64,000 nt of DNA from the NCBI RefSeq assembly GCF_009834535.1, contig NC_045696.1, positions 61,878,001 through 61,942,000 on the forward strand, given 5' to 3'. The translations under genes and the position numbers were made by a program. This document shows positions 48,601 through 58,218 of this stretch, piece after piece. The first letter of the stretch is position 1, and each line of letters opens with the position of its first letter. A model generated the notes under the pieces. It ran no database searches. It was not told the origin of the DNA and saw only the letters and a program-made list of their open reading frames with translations. This DNA comes from Camelus ferus (taxonomy: Eukaryota).

Positions 48601-51600
48601 TCACAGTCATGGAATCCTGGGTTCTAACTCCCCAATTTGTTGCTGTGGGGCTTTTGCAAGTTGTGGAGCCTTCCCATCCTCTATCGCCTGTAAAGTGGGA
48701 GTGGGAAAGCAGCTCCCGGTAGGGAGACATCCTGTATAATCTGTGTAGATTCTGCACAGCAGGGCTCGGGGCCGGTGCTCATACGGCGGTTGCTTCATCA
48801 GCACCCTTAATGCTTAGGGTGTTTTGAAGATGACTCTATCCTGCAGCATGGAGTTGGACTAGACCTTCTCATGCCACAGCAAAAACCCTTTGTGGAAGGG
48901 ACCAGGACTTTTAAGGATCCTCTGTCTGTGACTCCCAGTGAGGGAGGCAGTTCAGGGCAAAGGGGCAGCCTGGGTCCCCACAGCCGGCAAACAAGTGGGA
49001 ATGGACTGGGGGGACAACACCAGTAGAGGCCGGGTGGGCGAGAGGACTGAGGACTGCTGTTCTGTCTGTGCCCCAAACTGCATTTCCCCAGATCACACCC
49101 TGCAGCGTGGGGCAACAGCACACTCTCCGGTTCCAGGTGGAAACACTGCGGCCAGGGCAGTTAGAGGGACTCAGCCCCACCAAGCACGTTTCCTCCTCTG
49201 TGGACAGAAGGAAGGGCACCACCAGCCACAGTGGCTCTGTTGGCTCCATTCAGGGCTGATCTAAAGGGCCAGCCTGAACAGGGCAGAGAGAGGCCAGCCC
49301 TGACCGTCAAGCCTCTGGCCCACCCCAGCGCCCTCCCTGCTCTCACAGACACCAGAATGGAGAATGGGAGCGGCAACGGGCTGTTTTTGCCATTTTCTTC
49401 TCTCTGAGCCCTCACCTCTCTAAATATACCAAACATGTTGATTTTATGAGCAGATCCTGTCTGGCATATTCCAGTTTGAGGTTTTTAAACTAACCAGGCA
49501 CATGAACTATATAAAGGGTGCTTTGATGAGCTGCAGCCAACACCGCCACCCCTCCCAGGGGCCCTCTCTGTGCCGAGGTGTTTTTCCCCAGCTCTGCAGC
49601 CTTGACCGCGCCCCTCTCACCGGAAGGCCCCGCTGTAGTCGTAGTATCTCTCCAGGGGGCTCTTGTCACACACCCCTTCCCCAGCGGCGTTGCCCCGGCA
49701 GAGGCGGCAGAGGGACTGGGAGTGACTGGTTTCTCCTGCCCCAGGGACACAGCTGCCCCCAAAATAGTCGCTGACAGCTGCAGAAAAAGGCAGAAGGAAG
49801 TCAAGTGCACAAAGTCGGGTCCCCTCCAGGTGCCCCGGGGAGGGCTCAGGCCACTGGAGTCAGGGGGGCTGGGCTCCCCAGGGACTCAACTAAACTCTCC
49901 ACGCTTCAGTCTGAGCAAAAACGGGGAACTGGATCTGATCAGTGATTCCCAAACTGGGGCCACAAAAGTGTGGGCCTTGAGAAAGACTGTTGTTATTTTA
50001 AAATGGCTCAGGGGAATGACACATTTACCCCAAAATGGCCACATAGGACAACTATGAACCAGATACTGTTCTCAGTGAGGGTTTCATTTCAAAATCAGTA
50101 ATGTGTAATCAATGGAAGTGGGGAAATGATTACTTAAAGAGTATAGCTAATTTGACAGACGTCACTTCTCAAAACACAGGGAGGAGAGGGAAACCACTCT
50201 CTTGGCAAATATTTATCCTATGCCCGAGGACACCTGAGTGCCACGTAGTGGGAGCTAGATGCTGGCCCTACTCGTAAGCCAGCTGCATCGTGCTCAGCTG
50301 AACAGCTCTTCCAGGGCTCCTTTCTTGGTCTTTTTGTATCCTCACAGGGAAGTAGATATTTGTAAATGTGCCAAGTGACTGAGAAATCTCACACACCTGG
50401 TTGCCATCTGAGAGGATATGGCTTCCAGGCTCTTGTGGGTGGTGCTGTATGGGGCAGAGTATCCATGTGGACGCGTGTATGCACGTGGGGATAGCATGCA
50501 TGTGGTCACACCACAGTGAGGTGCCCACCAAGAAGGATGGAAGTTGAGCTCATAATAGCAACCACTTCCTGCAGTGAGCACACACCTGGTGCCATGCATT
50601 GTGCAAGGACATCGTGTGAATTATCTCAGTCTTCCCAGTGCCACAGCATTGTAGTCAGTGTTAATTTTCCCATGTTACAGAGGAGGAAACTGAAGTTTAA
50701 TGTGTAGAGTAATCTATCTGAGGGCAGGTCATACTGAGCCTGGGTTTAAACCCCCATGTATCCACAGCAAAGCCTGCTTGAGGAGCAGACCAGAAGGCAG
50801 CACACTCAGGGACAGGGGATATGGGGATACCCCAAACCCTATTCGAGGTGTGGTATGATCCCAAGAGGGCAGTTCGAGAATGTGGTTGGCATGTGTCAGG
50901 GACCTCCTCAGACTAACACAGCTGGGTGGCCAGTGGGTGACTGGAAAAAGAAGGCCAGAGCATGAGAAGCAATGCTTCTGCCCAGGCTGCCAGAACGAGG
51001 GCCCCTGGCCAGGCCCCTTCGGTCCTGAAAAAACAGTTTCTGACCCCGTAAAGCCAAGGACACATTTCTAAAAATAGCAACCTATACTGTGTCTATACCA
51101 GGTGAGAGGCGCCTCCCAGCTGTGGGTGGGCCCTGGGCTTGGCTGTGCTTTGGGGCCCTGGGATGAGTGAGGGAGGGCTGAGTGCCTAGAGGGAGCCAAC
51201 CAACTAGAAATGTAAATGGTGGCAACAGCTCGGCAGGAGGGAGTGATGCCATCCCCGAGGCCTCCGGGAGGGCCCCGGGGGTAGGTGGGACTGTGCTGTT
51301 CCTTACAGGAGGCTCAAGATGAAGGGGAGCCCTGAGGGTGGCTCAAGAAGGAAGGGAAACGCAGAGTCCCTGCAGGAGAAGCCCTGAGTGGCCAAAGCCC
51401 TCACCTTTGAGCACGTCACAGCCCATCACTGAGAGGCGGCCGCTGTCTACCAGGTAGCCCACGGGCACATTCCAGCCCACCGTCCGGTTGATGCCTGTGT
51501 GGCAGGACTTCACGCCTTTCAGGGTGTTGATGGTCACGTGGGAGCCCCTCTTGACCACAGCGACGGCATAATAGGAGGTACCGACCTCTAGAAGGAAGGG

Positions 51601-54600
51601 AGAGGAGTGGAGTGACGGGGGCAAGGGAGAAGCCACAAGAGAGGCTTGGGACCCTGCTGGGGAAGGCGGTGGGAGAAAGGAGTGCGCGCGCGCGTGGTGT
51701 GTGTGTGTGTGTGTGTGTGTGTGCATGTGTGCGTGTGCACACCTGTGCATGGATGCATGTGCGTACATGGGTTCATGTGTGCCTGGTGTTCTAGTTACTG
51801 AGAGAGCAAATGGGTGTGATCCACACGTCTTACCACAAGACCCTGCCCCCTCCAGCCTTACGTGATAGGTATTATGCTGAGGTGTTCATTCATTCACTCA
51901 TTTCTCCCTTTTCCTTCCCAAGCCAGCTCGCACTCAGCTGGGTCTACATTTGCACCTGTCAAGGGAACTCTGTAGTCAGACCAAAGCAGAAGTAGCTGGC
52001 AAGTCTTTTGTTTTCCAAAAGGATAGGCCCTAAGGAGAACTTAGAGGATTTGAGGGAATAGTACTGTGTTATGGAAGAAGAGTGGTTGAGAGGCGGTAGG
52101 GAGCAGGGCAGGGGCCTCCCCCATATTAGAAAAAGCGATTTCTCAGTGTTGGAGCAGGAGTGGAGGAGTAGAGCTAGAGAAAGAGACAGAGAGAGCGAGA
52201 AATACTAGCAGTGTGGTCCCAAATCACTCAGACCCAGAATGGGGTGCATGTGGGTAGGTGGGGGTCTACAGCCTTGCAAAAGATTCCCCTGGTCCAGATG
52301 TTGCCTGGAAGGGGCCATCAGATAAGACCTGGGTGACTCATCTATGGGGACTGATGACCAGAGGGCAACTCATCACACACACAGACATGCACACGACTAC
52401 CTGGTGGCTGTGAGATGCCTATGACCAGAACAAAGCTGAGTTCTAGAAAACCAAGCCAGTGTTTCTTGCACACCTGAGCCTGGCCTCTGCCAATCTAAGC
52501 AGCCCCGTCTGGTTCCACCCTCTGCCTCCCCATCGTGCCTTTTCTTTCTAGTTCCTCGAACACACCAACCTCTTACCTGGGACCCTTCTCAGAGCACAAT
52601 TTAAATGTTGCCTCTCCAGAGAAGCCCTCCTGTCTGCTCTGTTTCAGCAGGTCTCCCACACTCCGTATCTCTTCCCTCATGGCCTTTACTTCCTTCACGG
52701 CTCCCAGCACATTAATGACTACGGTTTTGGGTGTTTGTTTGTTTACTATGTAACTCCTGCTCTCTGAGGGCAGGAATAGGTTCTCTGCTTTCTGCTCTAT
52801 GCTCATGACTGGCACACAGCAGGTGCTCAATGAGTGTGTTAAATCAATTAAAGAGGAAGAGCTATTTCTGGGGCCCACAAGGCAGGGCTGTTCCTGGTCA
52901 TTGAGTGAAAAGGCTGGCTGGCTTGCAGGGTTGGACTGTGTTCTGTGTCATCTGACTGCCATCAGTTTAACAAGTGACCAAGCGAGACCCTGTGCTGGGT
53001 CCCTGGCACTGAGAGTCTGCAAAGATGAGGACCAGGTCTGCCTCAGGGGACTCACTGTGGTAAAGACAAAGAAAACAGAAGGGACAGGACCTTGTGGAGT
53101 GAGTCATTTCTCTGGAAAGCAGGAAACAGAGGCCTTTTGCAGCAGTGGGAGGGCCCAGCGGAGCTGCTTGGAGGTGACAGCTGAGCTGGGCTGTGACAGG
53201 TGCTAGGCATTGGACAAGCAGAGGTGCTGGGGGAGAGCCAAAGGGCAGACTAGGCCAGAGGCATGCCTGGTGTGAGGTGCAGGACCGGGGCAAAGCACAT
53301 TCCATGTGTCAGGTGCGCACGGACCGGCTCCTTTAATCTGTGTGAAGGGGCAGGGATCACTATCCCGATTTTATGGTCAAGGAAGTGGAGGTTGTCCAAG
53401 GTCATGGAAGATGACAGGAAGGGGCAGAACTGGGCTTCCTTCTCGGTCTGTGGGCTGTGCAGCTCCTACTCACCACTTCTTGCCCGGCCCCATCCCCACT
53501 CCATGCTGCCTCTGACAGAGGGCCACGGAAGTACCCGGATAGCTGGGCATTACTGATGCCTTGTTCACCCCAGCAATTGTGCCCAGCACTACAACAGGCT
53601 CGGTGGGAGCTGCTGGATGTCAGCTAGGGGCTGCTGGGCTCCCCACGATGAAGAACAGACTGCAGTCAGCCCTCTGTGTCTCCGGCACCCCTGGCTCTCT
53701 GCGGGGGTGTCAAGTGAGACGTAGGGGGCTCTGAGGATCTATTTGGTTGGGGCTTCAGGATGCTCTGAGGACAGGACTACTGACCAGCTTGGGGGCTGCA
53801 GGGTCGGGCCAGGCCCAGCAAGGACACTGCTGAGCGACCTCCTCTCTCCTTCCACCCCAACTCCCACTCGGCCCCCTGACCTTGATCATACACTTCGCCC
53901 ACCACGGGCTTCAGGCCGTGCTCCTTCCCCGCCTCGTAAATGGCTCCTCCATCCAGAGTGATGGCATCAGCCTCCTGGGCCTGCTGAGAACATGTGGGTC
54001 AGCACAGTCTGGCCCCAGGACCCACTCAGCCAGGAGCTCAGGGACACCAACCAGTCTTCTGAAGGCCCCTTGAAAAGCCCTGGAGGTCCACGTGGTCCTC
54101 TTCGTCTGGCCCGGGAGCCCCATCCCGGCTCAGCCTCGCAGGCCCCTCCCCTGCCAAGGCCTACAGGTCTCCCCTGACCAGGACCAAGACTTGCCTTGTT
54201 TTTCGAATTATGTTATTTAAAAAATATTAGTAATTTTATAGGACTCATAATAGCTATACATAGTTTTAAAAAATCAGCACAAAACGAAAAGTCTCCCTGA
54301 CTTTCTTGTTTCTCAGCCCCCTGCCTATACTGCTAACCTGTTCCTTAGCTTTTCTCTTTAAGATGCAGACTAAATCCTACAAATGCCTTTGTCAATGTTT
54401 TCCTTTTTGTTTTAAAACACAAATGGGGCCCATGGATAAAACAGTATTTCAACATAGTTGGTTTCCACCCTCATAGCGGACCCTGGCACAAGCCCTTGGC
54501 CACACAGACTCTGGATTAGCTCTTGGGGGCACATCAGGGGCTGCACTGAAATGAAAACCCAGGTCCCCTTGCGCCTGACACTTCCCTCTATGCCTTGTCT

Positions 54601-57123
54601 TATATTGGAGTCCTGCCTCTTAATGTCGTCAGTGCCAGTTTAGCAGATCTCAGCCTCTCAGAACAGCTCTCCCACCCACCACTCACCCACCCAGGACCGC
54701 TGGCCCAGCTCTTCCTGCCCCAGAAACCACACATGCCCCGTTCTGGAAAACTCCAGGGCAGAGTGAGTAACCGCCATGGGCCACTGAGGGGTCTGCTGTC
54801 TGTGCTCCCCTGGGTGAGGCAGGTCATGTCCCCCACGTAGAGGCCCTCTGTGTAAGGAAACTGCCTCTCAGTCACCTTTCCCCACTGGCGTCCTGAGCAG
54901 GGCCGTCCCTGGGCCTCTCAGCGCCTGGCCCCCGCCTGGGTAGGAAACAAGCTGGCCCTTGTTGCCAAGGAAACTCAGGAGATCCTATCACCAGGCCCTG
55001 GCAGGGGGACCTCGGAGCCTCTCCCAGTGAATGAGGCTGTTGTGCGCTCCCTCCTGAGTCAGAGCCCTCTTGTCTGGGCAGAGCGGAAGGGAGAGGACTC
55101 ACCGAGATGAGCTGGATGCAGTGGTCAGCTGAGGTTCCCTGGACGCACAGGAGGGAGGGCTGGATGCCGGCTTCCTGGAAGGCCTTGCTCATGTCACTGC
55201 ATTTCTGCTGCTCTGGGTCTGAGATGGTGCACCACCGCACCTCCATCCCGCCAAGCGCTGGGGACAGGGGACAGTGAGGCCCAGCTCCTGCAGCCCCAGT
55301 CCACTGTGTGACCCATCAGCACGTATAGCCAGTTCTCTGCAACAGCTCTGCCCTCTCACTGGGAGGTACTGGGGCACAAAGAGATGTCACGGACTGCCTC
55401 ACCAGCAAAGCTGCGTGTGGACCATGTATTCCCTGCCCTTCCCAGGGGCAGAAGGTGTGGCTCAGAGCTTGGCCCTCAGGGAGGGTCTCCCAGCGTAGCA
55501 GCTAAGCTTCCCCCATCCCTCCCTGGCCTGGAGCACAGCCTGGTGGGTGGAAGGAGCACTTGCTGGCTCTGTGACTAGGCAAATTCTTGCCCCTCTTGGG
55601 TTTTTGTGTCATCCAACAAGAAAGTGCTAGACTGAGTTCTCTCACTCAGTGGTGCCCCTGGGCCCTCCCCATGAACTGGGACATGAGACTGGGAAGTGGT
55701 TATGTCTGCCCTTGAGGAGCCTGGCACCCTTTGGAGTATCTGTGATTACGCCCCCTGCAGACCCACCCTCTGTGGACACAGTGCCAGGCCCCTGACAAGG
55801 GGAGGTGGAGGAGTCAGCCGGTTGAGTTCAACTTCCTGCTCCTTTGGCTGGTGACTTCAGGCAACTTACTGACCTCTCTGAGCCTGTGCAGATGAGAAAA
55901 CCACCTTTTGCATTGTAAGTAAACCTCTGGAGGAGTTAGGACACAAGGTACTCAGTGGTGGGGACCCTATTGGGGTCACATGATCTGACCAGGTCAGAGT
56001 CCCAGAGAGTTCTCAGCCTGGAGGCCCAGCAGAAGTGGTAAGGATTTTCTGAGTTTGCTGCCTTTGCAGACCTGAGCTCTTCCATCACTCATCCTGCCCA
56101 GCCAGCCCTGCCAGGGAGGCCTGTGCTCTTGGGAAACGTGTGGCTTTGGGCCCAGTTTCCGCCCACTAGGGGCCAGGTAACCCTCTCAAGGCAGCCTGTG
56201 CTTCCCATCCCCAGCCCAACGGTCAAGAACAGCCTCCCTCCCGTCCGCTTTGCCTCCCCCAACTCCGGGGGCACCCTGGAACGTGGAAGTGCCCTCGCCC
56301 TCTCCAGTGCTCCAAGACTGCACCCTGTTAGGCCTGGCAATTGCTGGCTTCAGACCGGGGTGGCGGATCCATTTTTTGTATTGATGAGGTCAGAGCGGTG
56401 GCATGAAGCCATCCTTTTAGCAGCCTCTGCCCGCGATCCCTAAGAGCAGCTCCCCGAGGTCCCGCCTCAAGTCTCAGCGTCCGGGGCCCTGACTTCCGTA
56501 CGAGCGGCGGGTGCTGATGCGAGGAGACTCAGTCTGCGCCCCATCCTCTATCCAAGCACGGCTTCCCGTGATTCGGCCCGGCAGGCCGCTCCTCTCTCCT
56601 CCTCCCCTCCAGTCTCTCCAGATCTTTTCCCGCGTCCCTCCCCGCAGAGGCTCGGGAGAAGTAGAGCCGCTCTGGCTCCCAAACCTTCCTCGGGCTTCCA
56701 CTCCCATTAAGAGCGTTTACCCTTCCCGGACCTCCCCCCGCCCCCCGACGCCCCTCCCCCCCATCGCCCCCCTCCCCCCGTCACTCCAAGGCTCTCCCCT
56801 CCACGCTTCTGCCCGCGCCTCTACTTGGCGGGTCAGAAGGTAGGTTTTCTCAAGGTGCAGCTCAATGCCGCTTCCTCCAAGAAGCCCTCCAGACACACAG
56901 GTCTGCCAGGGTCAGTGCTATTTCCCTCCCCCGTCCTTCTTCGCGCCTCGCGCCTTTCTGCGCCTTTCCCCTTTCCTGGGAGACGCAGGCTCAGGACACA
57001 CTTTCCCGCCCCCTGGGACCCCACTCGGGAGGCGGGAGAGCTCCTGCTTCCAGGGTTGGGCGGCGGTGCCTCACCAGTGCGCAGAGCCAGGAAGAGCCAC
57101 AGAGCCGCGCTGGGGCCCCGCAT
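33590..57123 (-). CDS. MELTF: Melanotransferrin (p97/CD228), 16-exon gene; as written it has a +1 frameshift in exon 13 (739 aa if the extra base is removed)
   Basis: The spliced translation starts [36 protein letters not shown]. It has transferrin motifs ([32 protein letters not shown]), a duplicated two-lobe layout and a hydrophobic C-terminus. All 15 introns are GT-AG. Exon lengths sum to 2221 nt (2220+1). Confidence 0.97.
34152..34350 (-). CDS. MELTF: MELTF exon 15 (199 nt; [18 protein letters not shown]...LLFKD...SQQCSGT)
   Basis: ttccag| acceptor and |gtaggg donor. Confidence 0.95.
35430..36290 (-). mobile_element. L2 LINE fragment in MELTF intron 14
   Basis: ggatttgctgatggactgga, ggctggatgagatcagc, ccactggatttagcaacatgggtcactgtgaccttgac, ggagttttgctgtaaaggg. 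Confidence 0.75.
36474..36661 (-). CDS. MELTF: MELTF exon 14 (188 nt; [22 protein letters not shown]...IPSHAVMVR...LDKAQ)
   Basis: cctcag| acceptor and |gtgagc donor; same length as exon 7. Confidence 0.95.
38512..38580 (-). CDS. MELTF: MELTF exon 13 (69 nt, with a 1-nt insertion near 38531; [16 protein letters not shown], shift, then VFDNTN)
   Basis: tggcag| acceptor and |gtatgt donor. The sense strand reads CAC ACG ACC T GTC TTC GAC AAC ACA AAT G, so the two halves of the conserved peptide lie in different frames. Confidence 0.93.
38670..38826 (-). CDS. MELTF: MELTF exon 12 (157 nt; [11 protein letters not shown]...[11 protein letters not shown])
   Basis: ccccag| acceptor and |gtactc donor; same length as exon 5. 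Confidence 0.95.
39751..39945 (-). CDS. MELTF: MELTF exon 11 (195 nt; [14 protein letters not shown]...[17 protein letters not shown]...CDVLT)
   Basis: ccccag| acceptor and |gtacac donor; homologous to exon 4. Confidence 0.95.
40548..40735. mobile_element. MER58-like hAT DNA transposon fragment
   Basis: tatgtggcctgaaaagcctgaagtgtttactctctgaccctttgcagaaagttt. Confidence 0.65.
40879..40975 (-). CDS. MELTF: MELTF exon 10 (97 nt; [32 protein letters not shown])
   Basis: ctgcag| acceptor and |gtaagt donor; homologous to exon 3. Confidence 0.95.
43407..43558 (-). CDS. MELTF: MELTF exon 9 (152 nt; [18 protein letters not shown]...HCIEEIQ), start of the C-lobe
   Basis: acacag| acceptor and |gtggga donor; homologous to exon 2. 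Confidence 0.95.
44293..44473 (-). CDS. MELTF: MELTF exon 8 (181 nt; [15 protein letters not shown]...LLFKD...GLLCDPN)
   Basis: acacag| acceptor and |gtaagt donor. Confidence 0.95.
45194..45381 (-). CDS. MELTF: MELTF exon 7 (188 nt; KTLASWGQ...FELLCRDG...VPAHAVVVR...NEGQ)
   Basis: tcccag| acceptor and |gtgagt donor; His ligand in PAHAV. Confidence 0.95.
45527..45627 (+). repeat. Degenerate minisatellite, about 25-bp unit, 4 copies
   Basis: ggaggtgagaatcagaaccacatca / ggaggtgagaatcagaactacacca / ggaagtaagagcccagaaccacacca / gcagacaagaaccagaaccacactg. Confidence 0.8.
45791..46152 (+). repeat. Local duplication, copy A (interrupted by the SINE)
   Basis: Aligns by eye to 47531-47759. Confidence 0.9.
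46001..46110 (-). mobile_element. tRNA-derived SINE (camelid vic-1-like) with an A-rich tail and target-site duplication
   Basis: The minus strand reads GGAGGGGGATATAGCTCAGTGGTAGAGCACATGCATGAGGTCCTGGGTTCAATCCCCAG (Pol III A and B boxes). Flanks are tcctccgtgccctt and tcctccatgtcctt. Confidence 0.85.
47531..47759 (+). repeat. Local duplication, copy B (no SINE)
   Basis: Shares ctgccatctggcactaaatttagctctgagcagagg and ccaaagcttcacccacaactccagc with copy A. Confidence 0.9.
48464..48531 (-). CDS. MELTF: MELTF exon 6 (68 nt; [22 protein letters not shown])
   Basis: gcgcag| acceptor and |gtgagt donor; GDVAFVKH motif. Confidence 0.95.
49621..49777 (-). CDS. MELTF: MELTF exon 5 (157 nt; [12 protein letters not shown]...[11 protein letters not shown])
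   Basis: ctgcag| acceptor and |gtgaga donor; transferrin YxYSGAFR motif. Confidence 0.95.
51405..51587 (-). CDS. MELTF: MELTF exon 4 (183 nt; [12 protein letters not shown]...[16 protein letters not shown]...CDVLK)
   Basis: ttctag| acceptor and |gtgagg donor; Tyr ligand and carbonate-binding Thr/Arg motif. Confidence 0.95.
51682..51783 (+). repeat. Compound (GC)n(GT)n alternating purine-pyrimidine repeat in MELTF intron 3
   Basis: gtgcgcgcgcgcgtg, then a (GT) run, then degenerate gcatgtgt. Confidence 0.9.
53881..53980 (-). CDS. MELTF: MELTF exon 3 (100 nt; [33 protein letters not shown])
   Basis: cag| acceptor and |gtcagg donor; contains the iron-ligand Asp in TLDGG. Confidence 0.95.
55103..55257 (-). 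CDS. MELTF: MELTF exon 2 (155 nt; [19 protein letters not shown]...HCIQLIS)
   Basis: ccccag| acceptor and |gtgagt donor; start of the N-lobe. Confidence 0.95.
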
Positions 57124-57450
57124 GGCGCAGTCTATAGCTAGCTGGGGCCGGGATGGGCTCGGGTTGGGTCTAGGTCTGGGTCCAAGTGCGTCAGCAGCAG
57201 CCGGGCCTTTCTCTCTCCTTCCTGCCTGGCACTGGCTTTTAGCTACTTAAGTGCTGCCAGGGCGCGCCTTGGCGGTGTCCACGCCCCTAGGGTGCACCCG
57301 CCCACCGCGGACTGGACACCTGGGCTTGACCAGACTGCCCTTGGCCTTCTCTTTGGCGCCCCCCGCTGGAGCCTCTGCCGGCGCGGGGCGGGGGGCCGAG
57401 TCTAACCTTAGGTCTCTTGATCCCGACACATAGGCCTGAATGCGCATCCT
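56400..57450 (-). promoter_or_regulatory. MELTF CpG-rich promoter, 5'UTR and start of intron 1
   Basis: High CpG density around exon 1; GC box GGGGCGGGG near 57384-57393; AT-rich CTTAAG/TAAAA element near 57237-57251; no upstream ATG in the inferred 5'UTR. Confidence 0.75.
57075..57123 (-). CDS. MELTF: MELTF exon 1 coding part (49 nt, signal peptide [16 protein letters not shown])
   Basis: gcgccATG start; donor G|gtgagg. Confidence 0.95.
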
Positions 57451-58044
57451 CAGCTACTGAGCGTCAGGTGCCGAGTATCTGGGGCCTGATTCCCCCAGCC
57501 CACGGGTTTTCCAAGGTTCTCGCCCCTCAACAATCTGCCCCGCATTCCACAGCATCCTCCCCTCTTCTTGTCTTAGAAAGACCCCAAACATCATGTCCAA
57601 CTGGAAAGGGGAAATGTTCGGATTTGGAAGGAAGAAGTCAGAATCCTAGGGCCTGAGCAGGAAGGAAGCTCGAAGGCAATTGAATTCGTTCACCAGCATC
57701 TCTTCAAGCAAATATTGCATAAAGGATCTGGGGGTACAAAGATGAACCCAGGTTGATGTGGTCCTGGCTGGGGAGGAGCTGGCAGTGGGGGTCTCTCACT
57801 GCCCCTTCTTGGCCCTAGAGAGGGAAAGTGACTTGCCTTGGGTCACACATTTAGTCAGTAACAGTGCTGGACCTAAAACCCAGGTGTCTGGCAGAGCTTG
57901 GCTCATTCCATCATACTTTGGAAGATGGGAAGGAGACCAAAGATGGGGAGGAAGAGGAAGCAGAAAATGACAAAGAGGGGGATGAGAGGAGGAAAAGAGT
58001 GAAGAAGGTGAGGGATGAAAGGGTTTTCTATTTGTCTAGGCCAG

Positions 58045-58218
58045 AGAGTCTCAAAGTGTGGTCCCCAAATGAGCAGCATCAGTATCACCTGGAACTTGTC
58101 AGATATGTAGATTCTTAGGCCCATGTCCAACCTACTGAGTCAAAAATTCTAGGGGTAGACAATCAACAATCTATTTTTGATTCTGGTGCATGGCAGGATT
58201 TGAGAAAGCACCACTCTA
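58045..58218. mobile_element. MER5A-like hAT DNA transposon
   Basis: tctcaaagtgtggtccc...cagcatcagtatcacctggaacttgtcagatatgtagattct. Confidence 0.75.

Noticed and set aside
33590..57123. Calling MELTF an established pseudogene
   Set aside because: There is only one lesion, with promoter, splice dinucleotides and N-lobe ligands intact. It cannot be told apart from an assembly error without reads.
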